From positions 1 to 64,000 of the IMG/VR virus record IMGVR_UViG_3300036806_000149: a stretch of DNA of 64,000 nt; one strand, written 5' to 3'. Numbering within the stretch: the stretch's first letter is position 1; every line of letters starts with the position of its first letter. This document shows, piece after piece, positions 47,793 through 57,448 of this stretch. Below the pieces are notes generated by a model. The model was not told where the DNA came from, made no database searches, and was given only the letters and a program-made list of their open reading frames with translations. The translations under genes and the position numbers were made by a program. Source of the DNA: a virus.

Positions 47793-48263
47793 TCAGAATC
47801 GAGACGACTTCGAGTACTTGGGCTTGACCGGCTTACGCGAGGAACGATCTACGCGCGAGCGCGCGTCATCGGGATTGCGAGGACGAGCGGCAGTGCCACC
47901 ACGCCCGGTGATCGGCTTGGGCGAGTTGTGGCCGGTCTTCTTGTTCTCACGCGGCTTGCGCATGTTCTCAACGGCCTCAATGACCTTGGCATCGGTCGGG
48001 TTGTAGTAGGGAAGCCCCTTACCCGGCCAGCGCTCGGTCTCCTTGAGCCACTCCTTGAGACCCTCTACCTGAGATTCAGTCCAATACCGCCATCCCCGAT
48101 GGCCGCGCTGAGGACGGAGATTCACGGGCAACACGCCGAGCTGCTCCCACTTGCGCAGCGTGGCCATCCGCCGGTCGAGGATCTCGGCGACCTCGCGGAT
48201 GTAGATGTGCTGCTCCTCCTCCGGAGCTTCCTCGGGGGCGGGTTTCGGCCGTTTCGGGGACAT
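47793..48263 (-). CDS. MerR/BldC-like HTH protein
   Basis: YIREVAEILDRRMATLRKWEQLGVLP...RGHRGWRYWT. Confidence 0.8.
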   Translation of the reverse strand: MSPKRPKPAPEEAPEEEQHIYIREVAEILDRRMATLRKWEQLGVLPVNLRPQRGHRGWRYWTESQVEGLKEWLKETERWPGKGLPYYNPTDAKVIEAVENMRKPRENKKTGHNSPKPITGRGGTAARPRNPDDARSRVDRSSRKPVKPKYSKSSRF

Positions 48264-48269
48264 GATGAG

Positions 48270-49000
48270 ATCTTACCTCAAGCGGAAGATCGGAAAGCCC
48301 GACCGCCTCGATATCACCGCCAGGGAAGAACGATGAACCGGCCGCAGACGATCGGGCTTTCGCCGCGCGAGCCCCCGCACCGGAGAGAGTGGCGTGAAGG
48401 AGCCGAGAGTCTACAGCTCCCCAGAAAGACGAAACCCCGACTCGATCAGCAGGTCCGAGACGGGGCTTCGCTATGGGGTGACGTCTTCAAGCCCGACAAC
48501 GCACGCGGGGGCGTGATAGGCTGCCGGTCGTTAGCCAAGAAGACGTGAGGATTGTAGCAAATCCTCGTGCAGATTGGAGTTGCTCTGTAGCAACACAACG
48601 CTCAATCTCTGAACGATCAGCAGGCACCGCATCATGGGACGCGCTGGCGTAGAGGCGGTGACGTGACTCGGAAGCGAATGGGACAGGCGGGCAAGCCGAC
48701 AGCCGCCAGGTCGCGGAGAGAGCGTTGGGGCTTGGGAGGGCGAGAGAGAGCTTATATACGCTGTAGCTACAACCCTCTCCAGGGACAGGCGGGATCTGCC
48801 CGGAAGCGAAGCCTATGGCGAGAGGGCTAAAAGATCTCAAACCCATGAAACTCAGGTGATAAGGTGCCTGCCACTCTAATAATCAGGAGCGGCAGACGCC
48901 ATGGCGACACCGCTCCCAGGCCACAGGAGGCGCTACTCCCATGACCTCCAAGGGATTATACCCTTGCATTTTTGTGCATTGCATCACGTAACTACGTGCA
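48270..49000. other. Structured non-coding region (candidate ncRNA or replication origin)
   Basis: Many inverted repeats and two short direct repeats; no credible CDS. Confidence 0.45.
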
Positions 49001-51070
49001 ATGTCTGCTCGCATCTTTGCTCTACGTGAGCATAACTCTCTGTTTCTCCGCTCCGGTGGCCGATGTCAATCATGTGGATCTGAGCTGATTCGTGGTTGGC
49101 ACGCCGACCACGTAATCCCCTGGTCGGCTGGAGGAAGAACGGTACTTTCAAATGGGCAAGCGCTTTGCGCTGTCTGCAATCTTCAGAAGGGTAACTCGAT
49201 GTCTTCGACCAAAACTCGTAATGCACCAGAACTTCGTCCATTTCGCGCACGTGACTTTCAGCGGCGGTTGGATGAGACTGTCCACCAGCGTTGGGATGAA
49301 CCAGACAAGAGGACGATCGCGTGGGTAGAGACCGGCAGCGGTAAAACCAAGGCGTGGATCGCCTTGGCTGATCATCTGATCATAAAGGGACTAATCGACT
49401 ACGTTATGGTTTATACGCCTCGGTTGAACCTATGCGAACAGGCCGATCTCGACAGCCAGGAGTTCAAGCGCGAGCACGGAGCAGCTTTTAGAGTGATTGG
49501 CCACAAGGCCAATAAAATGCCTCTGCGCTCCTCCGAGGAAGACGGCTTTATCTCAACCTTCCAGGCTGCGGTGATGGCGGAGAATACCGCCATTGCCAAA
49601 AGTGAAGAGAACATTCACGTCGTTCAAGCGCGAAAGGATCAGAGCCGCTTCTTGTTGGTCATCGACGAGGCGCAGTTCTGTGGCCTAGACAAAGATGGAG
49701 GTGGCACTAAAGCAGCACAAGTCATGCAGCGTTTGATGGAGCTTGCAGCTCATACGTTGATCATGACAGGCACACCTTACCGCGCTGATGGTCAGCGCGT
49801 GATCGGATGCGAGTACAGCATCAATCACGATAATCCCAAGTTCGAGCGGCTGATCTGGCACGTTCGCGCGACGCTCAAGGAAGGTCTAGCCAACGATTAT
49901 CTCCGGCCACCTGAGTTCTACCTTCACCCCGGTCTTGCCAAGTGGGAGTCATCCGATGGATTGATCAAACGCAACATCGACATCACCCAGGCTGAAGACA
50001 AGCTAAAGCCCATTCTGGCGAGTGAAGACGTGTTTAGCCCCCTTGTTGATGACACCATCGAGAAGTACCGCGAGCGCGTCAAGCTCGATCGACGTTATTG
50101 CGGCCTGATCACGTGCGGGACTCAGTCTCAGGCGCGGGCCGTTCTCCGGTATGCCAAGGCCAACTACCCAGATATCGATTACGTCTGCGTGTTATCGGAC
50201 CCGTCCGAAGATGATGGCGTTCACGCGGGGGCTCAAGCACACAGCATGTTGCGTGCTTTCCGGAAGCGGAAAGACGGTGGCATTCTCATCACAGTCCGTA
50301 TGGTGTTTATCGGGTTTGACCATAAGCCGATTACAGTCATCTGTGTGTTGACGCACTACCGTCATGAAGGACACTTACGTCAGATTCTTGGTCGCGGTCT
50401 GCGTATGTGGATCGCAAAAGAGGGTGAACTACCAGCACCACCTATCGACGAACAATGGTGTTTCATAATCGGTCCAGATGATCCCAGATTCGCAAAGTTC
50501 GCCGAAAAGATTCGCAAGGAACGCGATGACGGACTTCACATCCGTAATACGCGCATTAGCAATGGAGGTAGTGGAAGTGGCACCATAGATGAGGGAGTCG
50601 TCACCGATGCGGACATGGGCGATCCGCGCGCAGCAAGCATCGATACTGACCTCGATGCTGACGACTTGAAGTTGATCGAGGACTTCCGACAAGAGCATAG
50701 TTTGCATACGCCTCCTACAGAGATCCGTAAAATCATCGACAATTTCTCAGACTGGAAGCGGAATCGAGGAGATACGTATCAGTCTTCTCGCGAACACACC
50801 AATCATCGGACTCGCAAAGAGGATCTCGAAGCACAGCGAGCGACTTGTCAAGATTGGGCCAAGAAGATCGCCGGCTTGCGATTGAATCGTCAGCCTGGTC
50901 GGAACTGGTCGGAACTCATGCGTGAAATCATCGGCGAGGCTCACAACGGACCCTTCGGAGATCAGCTCGGGTTTATCAAGAATGGAGATCTCTCCACGAT
51001 GGAGGATCTCAAGACTCGCGAGGATACTTTGAGGAAGATGTATTCCAATGAGCGCAAATCACAACATTAG
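49001..51070 (+). CDS. HNH endonuclease-SF2 helicase fusion
   Basis: CQSC..HADHVIPWSAGG...LCAVCN; TGSGKT; DEAQ; TGTPYRADG; QILGRGLR; lower GC than flanks. Confidence 0.85.
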   Translation: MSARIFALREHNSLFLRSGGRCQSCGSELIRGWHADHVIPWSAGGRTVLSNGQALCAVCNLQKGNSMSSTKTRNAPELRPFRARDFQRRLDETVHQRWDEPDKRTIAWVETGSGKTKAWIALADHLIIKGLIDYVMVYTPRLNLCEQADLDSQEFKREHGAAFRVIGHKANKMPLRSSEEDGFISTFQAAVMAENTAIAKSEENIHVVQARKDQSRFLLVIDEAQFCGLDKDGGGTKAAQVMQRLMELAAHTLIMTGTPYRADGQRVIGCEYSINHDNPKFERLIWHVRATLKEGLANDYLRPPEFYLHPGLAKWESSDGLIKRNIDITQAEDKLKPILASEDVFSPLVDDTIEKYRERVKLDRRYCGLITCGTQSQARAVLRYAKANYPDIDYVCVLSDPSEDDGVHAGAQAHSMLRAFRKRKDGGILITVRMVFIGFDHKPITVICVLTHYRHEGHLRQILGRGLRMWIAKEGELPAPPIDEQWCFIIGPDDPRFAKFAEKIRKERDDGLHIRNTRISNGGSGSGTIDEGVVTDADMGDPRAASIDTDLDADDLKLIEDFRQEHSLHTPPTEIRKIIDNFSDWKRNRGDTYQSSREHTNHRTRKEDLEAQRATCQDWAKKIAGLRLNRQPGRNWSELMREIIGEAHNGPFGDQLGFIKNGDLSTMEDLKTREDTLRKMYSNERKSQH

Positions 51071-51710
51071 TCACCGGACCGTAACAGTACGTCTCTCTGA
51101 CGAAGAACGCCACCTCGAACTGCTACGTGAAGCTGCCACGAGTAGTGGTGTGAATCCGCGTGGTTTCATCCTGGTGCTCTCGCGTGTGATCGAGCGAAGG
51201 ATGTGGGAGACCTTTCCAGGTGGCTCGATCACATTTCATGAGTTCATTGAGCGCGTCGGGCTGACTCCTGATGCGCTCGAATCGATCTTGGAGATACCGG
51301 CGGAGCTTGAGGACCGCTCTGGAGAGCATGAGCGCTTTGAGGAAACTCGCGAAGAAGCCCGGAAACTGCTCGGCATCCAGAGGAAGGTTCGAGAACTGCT
51401 CACTCCGGAGGTCAATCAGCATGGCACGAATCAGCATGCCGAAGGAGGTTCTATTAGAACCTCCTCTCGCGGCACGACGGAGAACTACACCATGCGAGTC
51501 CTCCACCGAGATCACCCTAAGCTCTATCGGCGCGTGCTTGACGGCGAGCTATCAGCTCATGCCGCAGCGATCGAAGCTCGTATTCGTAAACCCACTGCCA
51601 CGGTCCCAGTGGACTCCGCAGAGAAGGCCATCAAAGCTCTCTCTCGCCGCTTCACAATTGAAGAGCTTCGAGAAGCCCTGGATCACTTGTCAACCTCGCG
51701 GCAGAGTTGA
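51048..51710 (+). CDS. Partner protein with putative HTH (ParB-like helical region)
   Basis: RGTTENYTMRVLHRDHPKLYRRVLDGELSAHAAAIEA; overlaps the helicase stop. Confidence 0.7.
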   Translation: MSANHNISHRTVTVRLSDEERHLELLREAATSSGVNPRGFILVLSRVIERRMWETFPGGSITFHEFIERVGLTPDALESILEIPAELEDRSGEHERFEETREEARKLLGIQRKVRELLTPEVNQHGTNQHAEGGSIRTSSRGTTENYTMRVLHRDHPKLYRRVLDGELSAHAAAIEARIRKPTATVPVDSAEKAIKALSRRFTIEELREALDHLSTSRQS

Positions 51711-52066
51711 TCCGGCCGTTTCGTCTGCTCTCTAGGTACCCATTGTATAGATACTGTAGCTAGACGAGTCCCCAGCTCTATCGTCTGAGCCACGATCGGG
51801 ATCAGATGCTCAGCCGAGACCTGGTAGACGCCCAGCAGGTGGTTCACCGGCGTCTGGGAGTCGTTGACGATCTCCAGATCGGTCACGCCGTGCTTCAGCG
51901 CCAGCTCGATCGCGAGCTGGATCGAGAGATGCTCGGCGACGATGTTGGTACAGGGAGAAAGTTTCTCGGCCCGCTCGACGACCCGGCCGTCCTCCAGCGT
52001 TAGCACCACGGCGCGGGCTCCGGTGCCGGCGTTGCCGCGCCCGTCAGTGATCGCCGTGGCTCTCAT
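51683..52066 (-). CDS. Ribonuclease HI-like protein
   Basis: TDG.GN.G, TNIVAE, DSQ..VN, WVPREQ...D. Confidence 0.85.
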   Translation of the reverse strand: MRATAITDGRGNAGTGARAVVLTLEDGRVVERAEKLSPCTNIVAEHLSIQLAIELALKHGVTDLEIVNDSQTPVNHLLGVYQVSAEHLIPIVAQTIELGTRLATVSIQWVPREQTKRPDQLCREVDK

Positions 52067-52467
52067 CCAGGGAACCGGTATGCCTTCTGCCGACGGTTGG
52101 ACTTGGGATTGCGCTTCCAGCCCACGTGCTCGATGCGCCCCATATTGCATAGCTCCGAGAGCCGCTGATGGCCGCCGTTGCCCTCTCCCCCACGTCGGCT
52201 GCGGATCTCATCAACCTCGAAGCCAGCCATGATGCCTCCGAACTCATCCTGGTGATCTCGTACGCAGATCTCCACTTCCTGCTGAGATTCATTGAGGTTC
52301 TCGAAGGTCTTGATCGCCGACTCGTGAGCAGTAGACGGATGCCCTGAGCGTGCGAGCTGTTTCGGATGACTCACCGGCTGCTTGGTCTTCGTCTTCTCAA
52401 CTCTTCCTGTTCGCCTCTTGACTCGCGCGAGCACGTCCGACATCGGCGCTTCATTCCAATCAGTCAT
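52063..52467 (-). CDS. Winged-helix DNA-binding protein
   Basis: ARSGHPSTAHESA...QRLSELCNMGRI. Confidence 0.6.
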   Translation of the reverse strand: MTDWNEAPMSDVLARVKRRTGRVEKTKTKQPVSHPKQLARSGHPSTAHESAIKTFENLNESQQEVEICVRDHQDEFGGIMAGFEVDEIRSRRGGEGNGGHQRLSELCNMGRIEHVGWKRNPKSNRRQKAYRFPG

Positions 52468-52619
52468 CGCTTCTTGCGGCGCTTCTTCTTGCGGGTCGCC
52501 GGTGGCACCTTAGAGCCTCGCTTGCGGCCTTCCTCGCTCTCGGTCCAGTAGGAGCGCGTGAACGGGTTGTAGCCATCGGCCTGGTTGACTCCGGTGCGCT
52601 TCTGGGCCTTGCGGGTCAT
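52464..52619 (-). CDS. 51-aa basic peptide ending RKKKRRKKR
   Basis: Manual translation; ATGA overlap. Confidence 0.55.
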   Translation of the reverse strand: MTRKAQKRTGVNQADGYNPFTRSYWTESEEGRKRGSKVPPATRKKKRRKKR

Positions 52620-52654
52620 CGCTTCATGCTTGTTTCACCGGGGTGTTTCACGTT

Positions 52655-52909
52655 TCACAGCTCCACCGGCAGCTTGTCGCCGATCTCCTCCACGCGGCGC
52701 TCGCGCATCAGCTCGGGCTCGCGGATGTAGATCACCATCGGCAGCTCGCACTCCGGGCAGAGCGTACGCTCGCCGGCCTCCAGCGGCATGTAGAACTCGT
52801 GGAGATGATCGCCGGCGCACAGCCCGATGAAGGGTGGAGGGTGCTCGCGCGGTTTCCTCCAGCCCATCAGCGCCCGTTGACTCTCGCCAGGTACGTAGCT
52901 CGGTGCCAT
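52655..52909 (-). CDS. Small zinc-ribbon protein
   Basis: C...H...CPEC. Confidence 0.5.
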   Translation of the reverse strand: MAPSYVPGESQRALMGWRKPREHPPPFIGLCAGDHLHEFYMPLEAGERTLCPECELPMVIYIREPELMRERRVEEIGDKLPVEL

Positions 52910-53289
52910 TCGCGCCGGAACATGTGCTGAGCCCCTTCCGGAGCCAGCCGCTGGTGGTTGGCCATCTCGCGGAGCATCAACAGCATCTCCTCGGGCTTGG
53001 AGTTCTCCACGGCGCGCATCTGCGACGTCTTAGCCGAGCCGAAGGCCATCACCTGGCCCAGCTCGGTGAGAAACCATTCGGCCGGCGAGCGCTCGGGATC
53101 TCTCTGCACCAAGCCACGCATCTGCGGCCGGCCCAGGCGAGCGCCTACCGACTGGGCGCGGCTCTTCTCGCGCATGCCCAGCGCGTTGGCGATCTCCAGG
53201 CTGGGAGCCTGGCCCCCGTGTTCCTGGGCGATCTCGTGAACTCGGATCAGCAGTTCGCGATCCGAGAAGTCAAGCAACCGCAAGGGCAT
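52867..53289 (-). CDS. Winged-helix protein
   Basis: SLEIANALGM...VGARLG...GLV...WFLTELG. Confidence 0.65.
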   Translation of the reverse strand: MPLRLLDFSDRELLIRVHEIAQEHGGQAPSLEIANALGMREKSRAQSVGARLGRPQMRGLVQRDPERSPAEWFLTELGQVMAFGSAKTSQMRAVENSKPEEMLLMLREMANHQRLAPEGAQHMFRREWHRATYLARVNGR

Positions 53290-53719
53290 CGTCCGTCTCC
53301 TTGAGTCCGGTGGTGGGCATTGAGGTGTAAATGCTCGCTACGCCGCGCTTGCCGTAGAGGCGAATCAGCTCGTGTTGCTTTAGGTAGCGCACCACGGAAT
53401 CGATGTGCGAGTGCGAGCGCCCCGTGGCCGCCTCGATCTCCTTGAGCGTCATCGGCTCGCTCGACTCCGAAAGCGTCGTCATGACCGCCTGAATGGATTC
53501 CGGCGAGGGACTCCAGCCGTCGGAGCTGGCGGGTCGTCCCCGTCGCTTCCTCGATGTCGTTGGCTTCTCCCCACTCAGATTCTGCTTGGCTTGCGTCAGG
53601 CGCTTGACGCGCTCGCGCGAGAGGGCCAAGCGCTCTTCGATCCCGTCGAGGATCTGCTGCTCATCGGTGAGCTGCTGTTCGATGTCGGCCAGAATCTTTT
53701 CAAAGCCCGTGTCACTCAT
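53270..53719 (-). CDS. Coiled-coil plus winged-helix protein
   Basis: AAGGAGGG RBS; MTLKEIEAATGRSHSHIDSVVRYL. Confidence 0.65.
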   Translation of the reverse strand: MSDTGFEKILADIEQQLTDEQQILDGIEERLALSRERVKRLTQAKQNLSGEKPTTSRKRRGRPASSDGWSPSPESIQAVMTTLSESSEPMTLKEIEAATGRSHSHIDSVVRYLKQHELIRLYGKRGVASIYTSMPTTGLKETDDALAVA

Positions 53720-55152
53720 ACCGGTTGTGCCCTCCTTGTCGTGACTCGGTAGCCACGACGCTTGTAGACCTCCAGATGCCGCACCCTCCATTGCGCTTCG
53801 AGCGGTCCCACGTTGTCTGTGTAGTCGAAGATGACCGCCGCCGCAGCCTCGCCGTCGCATTTCTTGTCGGGATGTTTTCTCTCTATCCGGCCGACCTGCT
53901 GCGTGACAAGCCCTGCGTTGCGCTGAGGGAAGGGCAGATGCAGACGGTCGAGCCGAGGAATGTCCATCGCTTCGTCAGCCAGCGTCGAGAGCAACACACA
54001 AGGCGATGTCTCCGCCAGCGCCTTGGCCTCTTGGCGTGCCTCGTTGCTGTCCTGGCCGGTGATCGTGACGATCGGGTCGGCGAAGCCCTCATCGATCAGC
54101 ATGCTGTGCAGGATGTCCAGATGCTCCAGGCGCTTTGAGACCACGAGTTGGTGATGGCCCGCGTTCTCGACGATCGTATTGACGATGATCTGGTTGCGCT
54201 CTTGGTTGGAAACCAGAGCCTGGATTAGCTGGGGCCAGTTGGAGGGCGTGTAGCGCCCACGCCGACCCTGGAAGCCAAACCGGAACTTGGTGGGAATCCG
54301 GACGACCTCGGGCTTCTGGAGCGTGTCCACCGCGTCGGACTTGGTCTCGTGGATGATCGGGCCGAGCACATTGACGGCCAGGGCAAACGCGCCTGTCTTC
54401 TCGGGCGTGGCAGAAACACCCAGCCGGTAGCGAGCCGAGAAACGATCGAGTAGCCGGCGGTAGGTATCCGCCTGGGCGTGGTGGCACTCGTCCAGGCAGA
54501 CCAAAGAAAACTGATCGAAGAAGCCTTCGGCTTCCAGCGCATCAAACCTGCTACTCAATGTCTGTGCTGTAGCTACAGTCAAGTATGAAGAGACGTCGAA
54601 GATTTGATCACCAATCTGACTGACTGGGTAATGCTCACCGAGATGCTCGATTGCCCGTGCGCGCCACTGCCACGCCACATCGAGTGCGGATATGATGATC
54701 AGACTCTTACAGGCTAGCTGCTGTATGAGTGCTAGAACGGCAACGGTCTTTCCACTCCCGGCTGGTGCTTTGTAGATACCCTGTTGCAATTCTTTCATGA
54801 CCTGCACGGCGGAGATCTGCCACGGGTGGAGGTTGGGCTTCTGGCCGATCCGGAACTTGGCTTCGAACTGCCGGCGATCGGTCCAGGTGATCTCCAGCCC
54901 CATGTCGCGCATGCCCTGCGCGTAGTCCGCAGCGAAGCCCCGGGGCATGACCAGATACTCGCCCTCGATCTCGTATAGCTCGATCGTATCTGGCATCCGC
55001 TCCGCGCCCCAGACGAACTGGTCGAGAGCTTTCTGCTTGGCCAGGTTGGGGATCGAGAGCGCTTCCATGATGTGCTCGGCCACGCCCGGGGGCAGTTCGC
55101 TAAGCCTCACGCGCAAGCGGTAATCGATGATGGTTGTGATTTGTTCCGGCAT
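53716..55152 (-). CDS. SF2 DEAH-box helicase (UvsW/XPB-like)
   Basis: APAGSGKT, DECHH, SATP, QQVGRIER. Confidence 0.9.
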   Translation of the reverse strand: MPEQITTIIDYRLRVRLSELPPGVAEHIMEALSIPNLAKQKALDQFVWGAERMPDTIELYEIEGEYLVMPRGFAADYAQGMRDMGLEITWTDRRQFEAKFRIGQKPNLHPWQISAVQVMKELQQGIYKAPAGSGKTVAVLALIQQLACKSLIIISALDVAWQWRARAIEHLGEHYPVSQIGDQIFDVSSYLTVATAQTLSSRFDALEAEGFFDQFSLVCLDECHHAQADTYRRLLDRFSARYRLGVSATPEKTGAFALAVNVLGPIIHETKSDAVDTLQKPEVVRIPTKFRFGFQGRRGRYTPSNWPQLIQALVSNQERNQIIVNTIVENAGHHQLVVSKRLEHLDILHSMLIDEGFADPIVTITGQDSNEARQEAKALAETSPCVLLSTLADEAMDIPRLDRLHLPFPQRNAGLVTQQVGRIERKHPDKKCDGEAAAAVIFDYTDNVGPLEAQWRVRHLEVYKRRGYRVTTRRAQPV

Positions 55153-55185
55153 ATCGATAAGATCATACTACCGCGCAAGGCGGAT

Positions 55186-55893
55186 CTATAAGAGCCTTGC
55201 ATCTTGGCATTGACTCAGAAGTTCTTCCTTGTATCGAGACCAGGAGCCAAATCGTCTCGTTACGGTCGATGGTGCAGGAATTAGCTTATTGCCATAACTT
55301 TCGTGAAGAAATTCTCGCCGAGTGGGTAAGTGACTATTTATGCTGACAAAGTTCTTACCAGCGGCCAAACAACTTCCTTGATCCCAATAAACCAATCTCG
55401 TTTGAAAGCCTCCACGTCCGCTGCATCTGTACCGACACTTGTAACACATCCCATATCCAGCAGAAGTTCTGTATGAACGTTCAGTACATACAGTACATTT
55501 CCTAAATCCAGATCCTCCTGGTTCCCACTCCTCTTTTTGGCGAAGATGATGATAATGAGAATGACATAGCCCTCGACTTTTTGTTTTCCTTCCACAACCA
55601 TCAGCTACACAAGTTTTGGGCATTTGACCTAAAGGAAATGTTAGTGATGATTTCCGCAGATGATATGTATTCGGATCTCCGTTGACGAGCCAGCGACGAT
55701 AGTGTTTATCACACCATCCACGTGCAGACGCAGGTTGCGAGCAATTTTCAACCGAACAAATAGATCCGTTGTGATGCGGATGCAAGACTGTATTTGGATC
55801 ACCATACGTGCGCCATCTCCAATAGTGGTTCGCGCACCAACCACGAGCATTCACTGGCTTCAGACATCTCTCGATAGAGCACTTCTTTTCCAT
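55186..55893 (-). CDS. Homing-endonuclease-associated protein (3 Cys/His repeats plus HNH_repeat-like end), low GC
   Basis: CS...C....ARGWC..HY.RW...GDP repeats; C-terminal TVTRRFGSW. Confidence 0.7.
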   Translation of the reverse strand: MEKKCSIERCLKPVNARGWCANHYWRWRTYGDPNTVLHPHHNGSICSVENCSQPASARGWCDKHYRRWLVNGDPNTYHLRKSSLTFPLGQMPKTCVADGCGRKTKSRGLCHSHYHHLRQKEEWEPGGSGFRKCTVCTERSYRTSAGYGMCYKCRYRCSGRGGFQTRLVYWDQGSCLAAGKNFVSINSHLPTRREFLHESYGNKLIPAPSTVTRRFGSWSRYKEELLSQCQDARLL

Positions 55894-55922
55894 GAGTGAT
55901 CCTTTCTGTTCTGACTGATCGA

Positions 55923-55946
55923 GCCGGGGCCTGAAATAGCCCCGGC
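55923..55946 (-). terminator. Hairpin
   Basis: GCCGGGGC...GCCCCGGC. Confidence 0.5.
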
Positions 55947-55961
55947 CTCAAATCAGTTGTC

Positions 55962-56648
55962 CTACGCGGCCTCGCTCAAACGAGGAGTAATGACTTCCAG
56001 AGCGCTCACCAGCATCCGAGCCTCCTGCATGGCCACTACCAGATCGCCGGAGTCCCACTCCGCACCCTCGGAGTCCAGACGAGCAACCGCCTTCCGGTAT
56101 GCAGCCGCCTCCTCGGCGAGCAGGGCTAGAAGATCCTCGGCCTTGCTGAGCGGCCAGCCGGCGATCTTCTCGGCGTGCTGACGCCGCTTGCTGCGCTCGC
56201 GTCCATCCACGCGGTGACGCTTCTGCTCAGCCTGGATCTCTTCGACCGAGCGCGAGTCCTGGGTGTTGCGCTTGAAGACGATCGCCTTCATACGCCCCAC
56301 GGTCATCCCCGGCTTGACGACATCGAGCAGATCGGAAAGATTCCGCCCCTCGATGAGTACCGAAGTAGTGACGCCGCGATCGAAGTCGCCCTTGACCGCC
56401 TGGTAGGTCTCCGCCAGTTGGACGAGGTAGGTGAGCTGATACGGGCACGGACGACCGCTCTCCCAGCAACGCTCACGCAGGTCGGCGAGCAGCCAGCGCC
56501 AATCGGCGTGTTGATCGCCATTGACGGCCTCAGCCGCAATCTCGGCCCAGCCTTGGATGGCCGTCTCGGTGCTGACCGCAACGGCATCGATTTTCGGAAC
56601 CAGCGCTTCCCAGCGCTGATCCCCCAGCTTTGGCTTGTTGGGGTTCAT
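55962..56648 (-). CDS. Hypothetical protein
   Basis: AGAAAGGGGG RBS. Confidence 0.65.
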   Translation of the reverse strand: MNPNKPKLGDQRWEALVPKIDAVAVSTETAIQGWAEIAAEAVNGDQHADWRWLLADLRERCWESGRPCPYQLTYLVQLAETYQAVKGDFDRGVTTSVLIEGRNLSDLLDVVKPGMTVGRMKAIVFKRNTQDSRSVEEIQAEQKRHRVDGRERSKRRQHAEKIAGWPLSKAEDLLALLAEEAAAYRKAVARLDSEGAEWDSGDLVVAMQEARMLVSALEVITPRLSEAA

Positions 56649-56818
56649 TGTTGCCCCCTTTCTGCGGCGGGTTTCCTTGCCGCCACTTGATTACGTTCAG
56701 GAACTTACAGGAACACATTCAGAACGTCAATAGCGTTCCATAATAGTTTCATAAGATCTTATCATCTTACGGCCGATTGGCATTTGGTAAGATCCTAGTA
56801 CGACTGAGGAACAGCTCG

Positions 56819-57088
56819 ATGACGCTCGCACACAGCTACTACCACCATGCTCCGCCCGACCAGTGCGGCACGCCTGACTGCGACAAGCCGCGCGTCGAAG
56901 GCCGGTACGTGTGCGCCGAGCACGCCCCGCGCATGGATCGCATTCGTACTGAGTTTCAGGAGGCCGCTCACAAGAAGATCCACTACTCCAAGCGTCCGCC
57001 CACGTGCTGCTTTCCCGGCTGCTACGAGCTGCGTCCGCGCAACTCGGCGTTCTGCTTCAAGCACTCCGATCAAGTCGAGGAGACGTGA
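56819..57088 (+). CDS. Cys-rich zinc-finger protein
   Basis: Two C..P.C........C..H repeats; GAGGA RBS. Confidence 0.6.
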   Translation: MTLAHSYYHHAPPDQCGTPDCDKPRVEGRYVCAEHAPRMDRIRTEFQEAAHKKIHYSKRPPTCCFPGCYELRPRNSAFCFKHSDQVEET

Positions 57089-57097
57089 GGACTCGCT

Positions 57098-57448
57098 TCA
57101 GGAAGCGAGGATCGAGCCCTGGATGTTGAACGTCACAGTCGGCGCTCCCGCCGGCAGGTTGACCACGAACTCGGTCGAGTTGGCGCTCATCGCGCGCACC
57201 GCCCACGTCGGCACGGCGGTCCCACTGGCGATCTGGAGAAAGGCCGAGATCGTGTAGCCGTTGACCGGCAGGTTGAGGTTGTGGGTCCAGGTGAAGGCGA
57301 GCTGCTGGCCGGCGGCGATTGACTGACTGCCAGTCGTATACGGCCCGTAGCGGCGCTGGGAGGAGGAACGAGCCTCCAGCTTGCTCAACCGCTTGCTGTG
57401 GCTGCGGTGCTCGCGCATCAGGTCGGGAAGGAAGACGGGCTTGGTCAC
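57098..57448 (-). CDS. Minor tail protein
   Basis: GTGA overlap with the upstream tail gene; RLSKLEA motif. Confidence 0.65.
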   Translation of the reverse strand: MTKPVFLPDLMREHRSHSKRLSKLEARSSSQRRYGPYTTGSQSIAAGQQLAFTWTHNLNLPVNGYTISAFLQIASGTAVPTWAVRAMSANSTEFVVNLPAGAPTVTFNIQGSILAS

